In this document: positions 11,404 through 23,214 of the stretch, in pieces | Layout of the letters: each line of letters opens with the position of its first letter | Position numbering within the stretch: the first letter of the stretch is position 1 | DNA from: Caldimonas sp. | Lineage (GTDB): Bacteria > Pseudomonadota > Gammaproteobacteria > Burkholderiales > Burkholderiaceae_C | Length of the DNA: 64,000 bases | Assembly: GCA_036272325.1 (NCBI GenBank) | Contig: DATAYY010000022.1 | Span: 14,739-78,738 of the forward strand | Reading direction: 5' to 3' | Program-made: the position numbers and the translations under genes | The notes under the pieces: model-generated | Told to the model about the DNA's origin: nothing | What the model saw: only the letters and a program-made list of their open reading frames with translations | The model's database searches: none

Positions 11404-12243
11404 ATGATTCTACCGTTCGGTCCCGACGCCGGCGCCGTCACGCCGACCGCGCTGGCGCTCACCGCGCCGAGCGTTGTCGCTCTCGTCTGCTATCTCGCCG
11501 CCGCAGTTCCGGGCGAGCGCTATTCGTCGGGGCTGCGGACGGCGTTGCTGATCGGCTGGATCATGCAGGGCGTCTCGATCGTCATCGATGTCGCCGGCAT
11601 CGGCTCCGACCGACCCGGCGCGCGCTTCGGCTTCGCGCCCGCGCTCTCGGTGACGCTCTGGCTCGTCCTCGCCGTCTACGAGTTCGAGAGCCGCCTCGTT
11701 CCGCTTCCCGGCGCTCGCCGCGCCCTCGCGACGCTCGGCGTCGCGGTGGTCGTCGTGGCGTGGTTGTTCCCTGGCCAGGTCCATCCTCAGGCGGCATCGG
11801 TGTGGGCGCCGCTGCACTGGCTGCTCGGCATCGCCTCGTACGGCCTGTTCGGCGTCGCCGTGCTGCACGCGCTGCTTCTGAATCGCGCCGAGCGGCAGAT
11901 GCGGCGCGCGCCATCGCTCTCCGATCCGACGCCGCAGGGCGTGCCGCTGCTGCGCCTCGAGAGGCTGACGTTTCGCTTCGTTGCCGCCGGCTTCGTCGTG
12001 CTGTCGGCGGCGATCGTGCTCGGCATCTGGTTCAGCGACCACTGGCGCTGGGACCACAAGGCGGTGTTCTCGGTCCTCGGCTGGCTCGTCTTCGCGGGCC
12101 TGCTCGCCGGCCGGAGCGCCTTCGGCTGGCGCGGCCCGCGTGCAACGCGCGGCGTCTACGTTGGCGCGGCGCTGCTGCTCCTGGCGTACGTCGGTTCGCG
12201 CTTCGTTCTCGAAGTCGTCCTCCACCGGCCGCCTGCGACATAA
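11404..12243 (+). CDS. CcsA/YpjD-like cytochrome c assembly inner-membrane protein
   Basis: Multiple TM helices, conserved His (PLHWLL), WDHKAVFS; divergent from ffh. Confidence 0.85.
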   Translation: MILPFGPDAGAVTPTALALTAPSVVALVCYLAAAVPGERYSSGLRTALLIGWIMQGVSIVIDVAGIGSDRPGARFGFAPALSVTLWLVLAVYEFESRLVPLPGARRALATLGVAVVVVAWLFPGQVHPQAASVWAPLHWLLGIASYGLFGVAVLHALLLNRAERQMRRAPSLSDPTPQGVPLLRLERLTFRFVAAGFVVLSAAIVLGIWFSDHWRWDHKAVFSVLGWLVFAGLLAGRSAFGWRGPRATRGVYVGAALLLLAYVGSRFVLEVVLHRPPAT

Positions 12244-12249
12244 CCTCCG

Positions 12250-12489
12250 ATGAAAATCGTCATCTTCCTGGTTGCCGTCGTCGTCCTGCTGTGGCTGCTG
12301 CGCGGCACGGCGACGCGGCGTGGCCCGCGCGGTGGCATGGCGATGCCGCCGACGCCGCAGCCGATGATCGCGTGCGCCTATTGCGGCGTTCATCTGCCGC
12401 GCGACGAGGCGTTGCCGGGCCGTGGCGGCGTCTTCTGCGGCGATGCCCACCGCGCCGCGTTCGAGGAAGCGGAGGCGAAGAAGCGATGA
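12250..12489 (+). CDS. PP0621-family small Zn-binding membrane protein
   Basis: N-terminal TM, CAYCGVHLP...FCGDAH. Confidence 0.85.
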   Translation: MKIVIFLVAVVVLLWLLRGTATRRGPRGGMAMPPTPQPMIACAYCGVHLPRDEALPGRGGVFCGDAHRAAFEEAEAKKR

Positions 12490-14351
12490 GCGCAGCGTCG
12501 AACTCGCCCGCCGGCCGGCCGCGCCGCCGCACCGTCGTCGACGAGTCATGGTTCGGTGCTTTCGGCGCCACCGGCGACGCGCCGTCGCTGATGGACGACT
12601 CGCGTTTCACCGTCTCGTGGGGGCAGGGCGACGGCGACATCGCCCAGGATCGCTCGCCGCGCGCCGGGCGCAGCATCGCCGAGACGACCTTCGCCCGCAT
12701 CTACGGCGCATTCATCGCCGCGCGGGCAGCGATCGGCGTCGCGCTGATCGTGACGCTGGCGCTGACCGGCGCATTCGGCCTGCGGCCGGGCGGCGCGGTC
12801 GTCGCGGTCAGCATCGCCTACGCGGCGCTCACGATCAGCATGTGGCTGCTGCCGCGCTTTCGCGGCGGTGCGGCGCCGCAGGCGTTCGCACGCCTGAGCA
12901 GCCCGCAGTGGCTGGCGACGATCGGCGCCGACCTCGCACTCTTCACGATGCTCCACGTCCTCTCGCCGGGGTCGAGCTTCAACTACGTCGCGCTGCTGGT
13001 GCTGCCGGTGCTGATGGCCGGAGTGCTGACACCGCGCGTGCTGGCGCTCGCGACGGCGGCGGTGGCGACGCTGGCGTTGCTCGTCACCGCGTGGCTCGGC
13101 ATCGTCGCCGGCGGCGATACGCCCTTGTTGATGACGCAGGCGGGCCTCGCGGGCAGCGGCTTTTTCGTCATCACGGTGCTCGCCGGCGAGCTTGCCGGCC
13201 GGCTCGCGCGCGAGGAGCTGAGCGCGCGCGGCAGCCTCGAGATGGCACGCCAGCAGGCGCAGCTCAACCGGCTCGTCATCGAGGAGATGGTGGACGGCGT
13301 GCTGGTCGTCGATCGCGCCGGCAAGGTGCGCGCGGCCAATCCGGCGGCGCGGCGCCTGCTCGCCCCCGAAGGCATGAGTCGGCCGGCGCCGTTCCAGCTG
13401 CGCGCCGCGCCGGCATGGGGAGCGCTGGTGCGCGCCGTCGAGCGTGCGTTCGCGGAAGCATCGTGGCCCGAGGCCGGTCGCGACGTCGCGATCCAGTTCG
13501 CGCCCGGTGCGCACCGGACGTTGCGCGTCCGTGTCCGCTTCACGAGGAAGCGCGAGCCACCGGCGAGCGAGGAATTCTGCGTCCTCTTTCTCGAGGACGT
13601 GCGCAACGTGCAGGCGAGGAGCCGCCAGGAGAAGCTCGCGGCGATGGGCCGCGTCTCCGCCGGCATCGCCCACGAGATCCGCAATCCGCTCGCCGCGATC
13701 TCGCAGGCCAACGCGCTGCTCTCCGAGGACGCGACCGACCCGGCGCAACGCCAGCTGATGCTGATGGTGACCGAGAACGTCGAGCGGCTGAAGCGGATCG
13801 TCGACGACGTGATGGAGGTTGCGCCGGGGCAGGTGCAGGAGGTCGGCGCGATCGACGCGACGACGCGGATCGCCGCGATCTGCGCCGAGTGGGCACAGGC
13901 CGCAGGCGTCGAGATCGGCGGCATCGGGATGCTCGACGTCGAGCTGCCGGGCGAGTCGATCGGCGTCCTCTTCGACGACGAGCACCTGCGCCGCGTGCTC
14001 GTCAACCTGCTCGACAATGCGCGCCGTCACGCCAGCGACAAGCCCGGCGCGGTGCTGGTCCGGCTGGCCGCCTCGACGGAGGACGCGGGGCGCGCCGTGT
14101 TCAATGTCCTGAGCGACGGCGCGCCGATCGCGGCCGATGTCGAAGCCTATTTGTTCGAGCCCTTTTTCTCGACCCGTAGCCGCGGCGCCGGTCTCGGCCT
14201 TTACATTTGCCGCGAGCTCTGCGAACGATACGGCGCCCGCATCGACTACCGGCTTCTCGCGCCCGAGGAGCCGCGCCGCAACGACTTCTACGTCGACATG
14301 AGGCGCGGCATCGTCCAGGCCGCCGCCGACCGCGCGACGCTCACATCATGA
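12486..14351 (+). CDS. PilS-like membrane sensor histidine kinase
   Basis: ATGA-coupled start; six TM, PAS-like region, H-box AHEIRNPL, NLLDNA, FFSTRSRGAGLGL. Confidence 0.9.
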   Translation: MSAASNSPAGRPRRRTVVDESWFGAFGATGDAPSLMDDSRFTVSWGQGDGDIAQDRSPRAGRSIAETTFARIYGAFIAARAAIGVALIVTLALTGAFGLRPGGAVVAVSIAYAALTISMWLLPRFRGGAAPQAFARLSSPQWLATIGADLALFTMLHVLSPGSSFNYVALLVLPVLMAGVLTPRVLALATAAVATLALLVTAWLGIVAGGDTPLLMTQAGLAGSGFFVITVLAGELAGRLAREELSARGSLEMARQQAQLNRLVIEEMVDGVLVVDRAGKVRAANPAARRLLAPEGMSRPAPFQLRAAPAWGALVRAVERAFAEASWPEAGRDVAIQFAPGAHRTLRVRVRFTRKREPPASEEFCVLFLEDVRNVQARSRQEKLAAMGRVSAGIAHEIRNPLAAISQANALLSEDATDPAQRQLMLMVTENVERLKRIVDDVMEVAPGQVQEVGAIDATTRIAAICAEWAQAAGVEIGGIGMLDVELPGESIGVLFDDEHLRRVLVNLLDNARRHASDKPGAVLVRLAASTEDAGRAVFNVLSDGAPIAADVEAYLFEPFFSTRSRGAGLGLYICRELCERYGARIDYRLLAPEEPRRNDFYVDMRRGIVQAAADRATLTS

Positions 14352-15895
14352 CCACTGCCTCGCATTTCAGCCTGCTCGTCGTCGATGACGAGCCCGACCT
14401 GCGCACGCTCTACGAGCTGACGCTCCTGCGCGAGGGCTACGACCTCGACACCGCGGGCACGGTGCAGGAAGCGCTGCTGCATCTGAAGGATCGCACCTAC
14501 AGCGCCGTGATCACCGACATGCGGCTGCCGGACGGCAGCGGACTCGACGTCTTGCGCTGGCTCGAGGAGAGCGGCCGGCGCGAGAAGGCGATCGTGATCA
14601 CCGCCTACGGCTCCTCGGAGAACGCGGTCGAGGCGCTGAAGGCCGGCGCCTACGACTACCTCACCAAGCCAGTCGATCTGAAGCAGTTCCGCGGCGTCGT
14701 CGCCTCGGCGCTCGGCCGTGGCGGCAGCGGCGCGCCGACGGTCGATCCGTCGACGCTGCCGTCGGAGCACCGCGCTTCGGTGCCGGCGCGGCCGCCGCGT
14801 CCGGCGGCGGCGGCCGCGCCGGCGGCGCCGGTGAGCGCGGCGCTCGGTCGCATGGCCGGGCAGTCGATGGCGATGCAGCAGGTGCGCTCGCTGGTCGAGA
14901 AGGTCGCGCGCAGCATGGCACCGGTGCTCGTCAGCGGCGAGTCGGGGACCGGCAAGGAGCTCGTTGCACGCGCCATCCACGAGGTCAGCGCGCGCGGTGC
15001 GATGCCTTTCGTGCCGGTCAACTGCAGCGCGATCCCGGAGCAGCTGCTCGAGGCCGAGTTCTTCGGTTACCGCAAGGGCGCATTTACCGGTGCCAATGAC
15101 GACCGCGAAGGGTTCTTCCAGGCCGCCAACGGCGGCACCCTCTTCCTCGACGAGATCGGCGACCTGCCGCTGTCGATGCAGTCGAAGCTCCTGCGCTCGA
15201 TCCAGGAGCGATCGGTGCGGCCGGTCGGTGCGGTCGCCGAGCAGCCGGTCGACGTTCGCTTGCTGAGCGCGACGCACAAGGACCTCGGCGCCGAGGTCCA
15301 GACCGGCCAGTTTCGCCAGGACCTCTACTACCGGCTGAACGTCATCCAGATTCGCGTGCCGCCGCTGCGCGAGCGACTCGAGGACTTGATGGGGATCAGT
15401 GAGCGAGTCCTCGAGCGGCTGGCGCGCGATGCCGGCGTCTGGCCGCCGCCACGGCTGACGCGCGACGCGCTCGTCCACTTGTCTCGCTATCCGTTCCCCG
15501 GCAACGTCCGCGAGCTCGAGAATCTGCTCCATCGCGCGGTCGCGCTCTCGGGCGCCGAGGAGCTCGACGTCTACGATCTCGGCCTGCCCGAATCCGTCTT
15601 CACCGACAGCGCTGCCCAGGAGCTCGATCAGGTCGCGGTGGCCGCCGAACCCGGCGCCGACGCGGTGCGCGGCGTGGCGCGAATGGCGCCGATCGAAGAC
15701 CCCTTGCCGAGCGATCTCGCTCGCTATCTCGACGATGTCGAGCGCGACATCCTCGTCCGTGCGCTCGAGCACCACCGTTTCAACCGCACTGCGGCCGGCA
15801 TCAGCCTCGGCCTGTCGCTGCGCCAGATGCGCTACCGGATGGCGCGCCTCAACGTCAACGTCGGCGCCGATTCGGGCAGCGCGGATCGCGAGTGA
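14348..15895 (+). CDS. PilR-like sigma-54-dependent response regulator
   Basis: Receiver (VVDDE, TDMRLPD), GESGTGKE, GAFTGA, C-terminal Fis-type HTH. Confidence 0.92.
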   Translation: MTTASHFSLLVVDDEPDLRTLYELTLLREGYDLDTAGTVQEALLHLKDRTYSAVITDMRLPDGSGLDVLRWLEESGRREKAIVITAYGSSENAVEALKAGAYDYLTKPVDLKQFRGVVASALGRGGSGAPTVDPSTLPSEHRASVPARPPRPAAAAAPAAPVSAALGRMAGQSMAMQQVRSLVEKVARSMAPVLVSGESGTGKELVARAIHEVSARGAMPFVPVNCSAIPEQLLEAEFFGYRKGAFTGANDDREGFFQAANGGTLFLDEIGDLPLSMQSKLLRSIQERSVRPVGAVAEQPVDVRLLSATHKDLGAEVQTGQFRQDLYYRLNVIQIRVPPLRERLEDLMGISERVLERLARDAGVWPPPRLTRDALVHLSRYPFPGNVRELENLLHRAVALSGAEELDVYDLGLPESVFTDSAAQELDQVAVAAEPGADAVRGVARMAPIEDPLPSDLARYLDDVERDILVRALEHHRFNRTAAGISLGLSLRQMRYRMARLNVNVGADSGSADRE

Positions 15896-16458
15896 GCGGC
15901 GGCGACTGGCGCGGCGGCTGGCTGCGCCGCGCGCATTGCATCCGGTCACCGAACTTCGGGCCGCGACCCGAGGCGACGGTCGTCGACCTGGTCCTGCTGC
16001 ATTCGATCAGCCTGCCGCCGGGCGAGTTCGGCAGCGACGACATCGAGCGACTGTTCACGAACCGGCTCGACTGGAGCGCCCATCCGTACTTCGAGACGAT
16101 CCGCGGAATCGAGGTGTCCGCGCACTTCCTCATCCGCCGTGGCGGTGTCCTCTGTCAGTTCGTTTCGTGCGACGACCGTGCCTGGCACGCCGGGCCGTCG
16201 TCTTGGCAGGGGCGCGAGAATTGCAATGACTTCTCGGTCGGAATCGAGCTCGAAGGCCTCGAAGGCGAGCCGTTCGACGAGCGCCAGTATCCGGTTCTCG
16301 CCACGTTGCTTGGAAGCGTCGCCGACCGCTATCCGATCGCCGCCGTCGCCGGCCACGAGCACGTCGCGCCGGGGCGCAAGGCCGACCCCGGCCCAGGCTT
16401 CGACTGGCCGTTGCTGCGGCGGTTGAGCGGACCGTCGGCGTTGCGTTTCGCGGCTTGA
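15892..16458 (+). CDS. ampD: 1,6-anhydro-N-acetylmuramyl-L-alanine amidase AmpD
   Basis: HSISLPPG, VSAHF, AWHAG, GHEHVAPGRKADPG. Confidence 0.95.
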   Translation: MSGGDWRGGWLRRAHCIRSPNFGPRPEATVVDLVLLHSISLPPGEFGSDDIERLFTNRLDWSAHPYFETIRGIEVSAHFLIRRGGVLCQFVSCDDRAWHAGPSSWQGRENCNDFSVGIELEGLEGEPFDERQYPVLATLLGSVADRYPIAAVAGHEHVAPGRKADPGPGFDWPLLRRLSGPSALRFAA

Positions 16459-16541
16459 AACCGCGTTTCCGGCAATGCCCTTTCGGCCTCGTGTCAAGGC
16501 CGGATCGGCGACAATCGATCCGTGACAAATCTACGGGTTAG

Positions 16542-16588
16542 ACGCTATAGGTAGTGGTTGTCGAGCGTTCAGACCCTAGATATAGTGT
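16542..16588. promoter_or_regulatory. Tandem NrdR boxes (16542-16557 and 16573-16588)
   Basis: ACGCTATAGGTAGTGG and ACCCTAGATATAGTGT fit acaCwAtATaTwGtg; starts 31 bp apart; upstream of nrdA. Confidence 0.85.
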
Positions 16589-16743
16589 TCGTCGCGTATC
16601 CTGATTTTTGCCTCGACGACCTTCCGCTGCCGGCCCTGGCGGTGCCTGATCGGCGAGATCATTCGAGCTTCGGCGACGGCGCCGAAGCGATGCCACAAGC
16701 GTCCCTGGCGCACACGTACGCCGGGGTACCCAGAGGGGACTCC

Positions 16744-19662
<2,919 letters not shown>

Positions 19663-19812
19663 GCAAGTGCATCACGCGTGCGCGGCGTGAACGAGTACCG
19701 TTCTTCGCCGCTCGCGATGCAACAGAGCAACAAAATCGAAGCCGCGGCGTTGATATGTCTTGGGCTTCAAAGGCATCGATCCGATAATCCGCCGGTAGAG
19801 GAAAACCCCGCA

Positions 19813-21006
19813 ATGCTGGTTTGGGAAGAAGACAGAACCACCGAGAACGTACCTGCCGCAAGCACCGCGCCGCGCGCGGTTCCCGCTTCGCCGTCGGCCG
19901 TCGCTGCGCCCCCTCTCATCTCCGAAGCGACGTTGCCCGTGCAGCGGCCGGTCGCTCCCGCAACCGCATCGGTCGCCCCGCCGGCCGCGCGGCGGGTGCG
20001 CGCTGCCGACAAGCGGATCATCAACGGCAGCACCGACGTCAATCAGCTGGTGCCGTTCAAGTACAAGTGGGCGTGGGAGAAGTACCTCGCGACCTGCGCG
20101 AACCACTGGATGCCGCAGGAAGTGAACATGTCGCGCGACATCGCGACCTGGAAGAACCCGAACGGCCTCACCGAGGACGAGCGGCGGATCGTCAAGCGCA
20201 ACCTCGGCTTTTTCGTCACCGCCGATTCGCTCGCTGCCAACAACATCGTCCTCGGCACCTATCGCCACATCACGGCGCCCGAGTGCCGCCAGTTTCTGCT
20301 GCGCCAGGCGTTCGAGGAGGCGATCCACACCCACGCCTATCAGTACATCGTCGAGTCGCTCGGGCTGGACGAGGGCGAGATCTTCAACGCCTATCACGAG
20401 GTCCAGTCGATCCGCGAGAAGGACGAGTTCCTGCTCCCCTTCATCGAGGCGATCATGGACCCGAACTTCCACACCGGGACGGCCGAGAACGACCAGACGC
20501 TGCTCAAGTCGCTGATCGTCTTCGCCTGCCTGATGGAAGGGCTCTTCTTCTACGTCGGCTTCACGCAGATCCTGGCGCTCGGCCGGCAGAACAAGATGAC
20601 CGGCGCCGCCGAGCAGTACCAGTACATCCTGCGCGACGAGTCGATGCACTGCAATTTCGGCATCGACCTCATCAACCAGATCAAGGCCGAGAACCCGCAC
20701 CTGTGGACGCCCGAGTTCAAGGCCGGAATCCGCGAGCTGTTCGAGAAGGCGGTCGCCCTCGAATACCGCTACGCGGAGGACACCATGCCGCGCGGGGTGC
20801 TCGGCATGAACGCGTCCATGTTCAAGGGCTATCTGCGCTACATCGCCAACCGGCGGGCGGTGCAGATCGGCCTCCAGGAGCTCTTCCCGAACGAGGAAAA
20901 CCCGTTCCCGTGGATGAGCGAAATGATCGATCTGAAGAAGGAGCGTAATTTTTTCGAGACCCGCGTCATCGACTACCAGACTGGTGGTGCGCTGTCGTGG
21001 GAGTAG
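19813..21006 (+). CDS. nrdB: Ribonucleotide reductase beta subunit
   Basis: ATG after GAGGAAA; [29 protein letters not shown]. Confidence 0.97.
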   Translation: MLVWEEDRTTENVPAASTAPRAVPASPSAVAAPPLISEATLPVQRPVAPATASVAPPAARRVRAADKRIINGSTDVNQLVPFKYKWAWEKYLATCANHWMPQEVNMSRDIATWKNPNGLTEDERRIVKRNLGFFVTADSLAANNIVLGTYRHITAPECRQFLLRQAFEEAIHTHAYQYIVESLGLDEGEIFNAYHEVQSIREKDEFLLPFIEAIMDPNFHTGTAENDQTLLKSLIVFACLMEGLFFYVGFTQILALGRQNKMTGAAEQYQYILRDESMHCNFGIDLINQIKAENPHLWTPEFKAGIRELFEKAVALEYRYAEDTMPRGVLGMNASMFKGYLRYIANRRAVQIGLQELFPNEENPFPWMSEMIDLKKERNFFETRVIDYQTGGALSWE

Positions 21007-21209
21007 AGGCCGTCGCGTGACATCGCGTCGGCAAGTGAGAGATCAAGATTCGCAGGACCAGAGCGGTGACCACGAGCACCACCGGCCTGCACCCGGATTC
21101 ATCGGACTGGGGCGCCCCTCCTGGGCAGTTCTCGGGCGATGAATAGCCAGCGGCCAACGACGCGTCGAAGGCCGCTGGTTCCATGTCAACTTGATCAAGG
21201 AGAAACGTG

Positions 21210-21689
21210 ATGGCAACTGCGAAGAAAGCCGCTCGGAAATCGACGGCGAAGAAGTCGAGCGCGAAGAAGTCGATGGGCGCGAAGAAGACGGCCCGCAAGT
21301 CGACCGCGAAGAAGACCGGCGCCAAGCGCGCGGCCAAGAAGACCGGCGCGAAGAAGGCCGCCAAGAAGGGCGCGAAGAAGGCCGCCAAGAAGAAGACCGG
21401 CGCGAAGAAGGCAGCCAAGAAGCGCTCCGGCGCGAAGAAGGCTGCCAAGAAGTCTGGCGCCAAGAAGGCTGCCAAGAAGTCGGGTGCCAGAAGACGCGTC
21501 GCCAAGAAGGCGGGCGGTGCCAAGAAGGCTGCCAAGAAGGCGTCAGCCAAGAAGGCGGCCAGAAAAGCGCCTCCCAAGAAGGCGTCTTCGTCGACGGGCG
21601 CGATGCCTGCCGCCGCTCCCGCGGCACCGGCGAAGACTGCCTTGAGCCCACAAGCTGCCTGGCCGTTTCCGACCGGCAGCAAGCCCTGA
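21210..21689 (+). CDS. Histone H1-like Lys/Ala-rich DNA-binding protein
   Basis: AAGGAGA RBS; repeated KKxGAKKAA units; C-terminal AAWPFP. Confidence 0.9.
   Translation: MATAKKAARKSTAKKSSAKKSMGAKKTARKSTAKKTGAKRAAKKTGAKKAAKKGAKKAAKKKTGAKKAAKKRSGAKKAAKKSGAKKAAKKSGARRRVAKKAGGAKKAAKKASAKKAARKAPPKKASSSTGAMPAAAPAAPAKTALSPQAAWPFPTGSKP
21219..21570 (+). repeat. Imperfect coding tandem repeats (GCCAAGAAG/GCGAAGAAG units)
   Basis: Visible repetition encoding AKK/KKxGAKKAA. Confidence 0.8.
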
Positions 21690-21712
21690 CCGACGTCTGA
21701 CGTCCGTCATCC

Positions 21713-21739
21713 AGCCCGGCTCCGGCCGGGCTTTTTATT
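21713..21739 (+). terminator. Intrinsic terminator after H1-like gene
   Basis: AGCCCGGC-TCCG-GCCGGGCT stem followed by TTTTATT. Confidence 0.9.
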
Positions 21740-21826
21740 GCCTGCGAGATGGCAGTCGTCGCGGCCAGCCGCACGCTTGTCCTGCGCGGCCGTGCGCGCC
21801 TCGGGCGTCGAGCGCCGCGCGGCGGA

Positions 21827-22228
21827 CTAGTCCGGAAGGATCTGGGTGTCGGCGAAGCCGTGCGCCGAAACGACCGGCATCCTGGCTGCGGGCAGCGGAT
21901 CGCGCTCGCGGTCGCGCGCGCGATCGGCAGCGTGCATCGCGTCCTCGAGCTGGGCAGCGCGACGTTTGGCGGCCTCGAGCTCCACGGTGGACTGCTGGTG
22001 CACCTCGAGCTCGGCCTTCAGCAAGCCGATCTGCTGGCGCGCTTGCGCGGTCTGCTGTTGCGAGAAGAGCCGGGCCTTCTCGAGCTTCTGCAGCCGGTGC
22101 GTGGCGGCCGTGAGCTGGCGGCCGTACCACCAGCGGCAGCCCGCCCACATGACCGCGGAAGCGACGGCGATGGCGATCGGGATCGCCACCGCGAGCACGC
22201 CAGCCTGACGAATGTCCATGAGAAGCAA
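21827..22228 (-). CDS. Hypothetical protein, N-terminal TM plus coiled coil
   Basis: TM helix, Q/E/K-rich heptads, C-terminal GFADTQIL; start may be 22219. Confidence 0.65.
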   Translation of the reverse strand: MLLMDIRQAGVLAVAIPIAIAVASAVMWAGCRWWYGRQLTAATHRLQKLEKARLFSQQQTAQARQQIGLLKAELEVHQQSTVELEAAKRRAAQLEDAMHAADRARDRERDPLPAARMPVVSAHGFADTQILPD

Positions 22229-22258
22229 CTTCGGCCGCGACGGTTCGGGACTTGAGCC

Positions 22259-23164
22259 TCAGGAGGCAACGAATGTGCGATCCAGCACATGATTTTGGCC
22301 ACCACGGCTCGCGATCTTCAGGGCGCCGAGCCGATTGCCCAGACGGGCGCAGTCGGCCAGCGGCCAGCCGCGTTCGAGGCCGAACAGCATCGCGCTGCGG
22401 AAGGCGTCGCCGCAGCCGGTCGGGTCGACGACCTCGGTCGCCGTCTCTCCGGGGATGGCGGTCCTCTCGCCCTGCTGCCAGACCTCGCAGCCGCGTGCAG
22501 CGAGCGTGACGACGACGCCGCGCAGGTGCGATCTCGACATCTGCTCGATCGAGCGCCCGGTGCGCTCGACGAGCATCTGCGCCTCGTAGTCGTTGACCGC
22601 GACCCAGCTCGCGCGGTCGACGAATGCGCGCAGCTCCTCGCCGTCGAACATCGGCAGCCCCTGGCCGGGGTCGAAGACGAAGGGGATGCCCGCCGCCGCG
22701 AGCTGGCTGGCGTGGTCGATCATGGCGCTGCGGCCGTCGGGCGCGATGATCGCGATCCGCGCGTCGGCGGCCGCTGGCACCGCGGTCTCGTGTGCCCACT
22801 GCATCGCGCCGGGATGAAATGCGGTGATCTGGTTGTTGTCACGGTCGGTGATGATGAACGCCTGCGCCGTGTACGCATCGTTGACCGTGCGGACGTGCGC
22901 CGTCGTCGCTCCCCACGACCGCAGCCGCGCGCGGTACTCGTCGCCGTCGATCCCGAGCGTCGCGATCACGACTGGCTCGCCGCCGAGCGCGGCAAGGTTG
23001 TACGCGATGTTGCCGGCGCAGCCGCCGAATTCGCGCCGCAAGGTCGGCACCAGGAAGGAGACGTTGAGGACGTGGAGCTGGTTGGGCAGGATCTGATCGG
23101 CGAAGCGGCCGTCGAAGTTGGCGATGCTGTCGTAGGCAAGCGATCCACAGACGATGGCGGACAT
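22259..23164 (-). CDS. PfkB-family carbohydrate/nucleoside kinase
   Basis: CGSLAYD, FGGCAGNIAY, DPTGCGDAF. Confidence 0.93.
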   Translation of the reverse strand: MSAIVCGSLAYDSIANFDGRFADQILPNQLHVLNVSFLVPTLRREFGGCAGNIAYNLAALGGEPVVIATLGIDGDEYRARLRSWGATTAHVRTVNDAYTAQAFIITDRDNNQITAFHPGAMQWAHETAVPAAADARIAIIAPDGRSAMIDHASQLAAAGIPFVFDPGQGLPMFDGEELRAFVDRASWVAVNDYEAQMLVERTGRSIEQMSRSHLRGVVVTLAARGCEVWQQGERTAIPGETATEVVDPTGCGDAFRSAMLFGLERGWPLADCARLGNRLGALKIASRGGQNHVLDRTFVAS

Positions 23165-23214
23165 GCGTTCTCCAGGAGGAAAGAAGGATGCGTGCGCGCG
23201 ATCAGGCGCGGGAT

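Noticed and set aside
21035-21142. 35-codon GTG ORF in the H1-like leader (MRDQDSQDQSGDHEHH...)
   Set aside because: No RBS and no support beyond being open; could be revisited with Ribo-seq
21219-21570. Repetitive DNA considered as CRISPR or mobile repeat
   Set aside because: No constant repeat with unique spacers and no cas genes; repeats are in-frame Lys/Ala codons
21831-21845. TCCGGAAGGA resembling the SRP 4.5S RNA core, tempting given ffh and ftsY nearby
   Set aside because: Flanking CAGG and AGCAGC and the long stem are missing; it is the antisense of the last codons of a CDS
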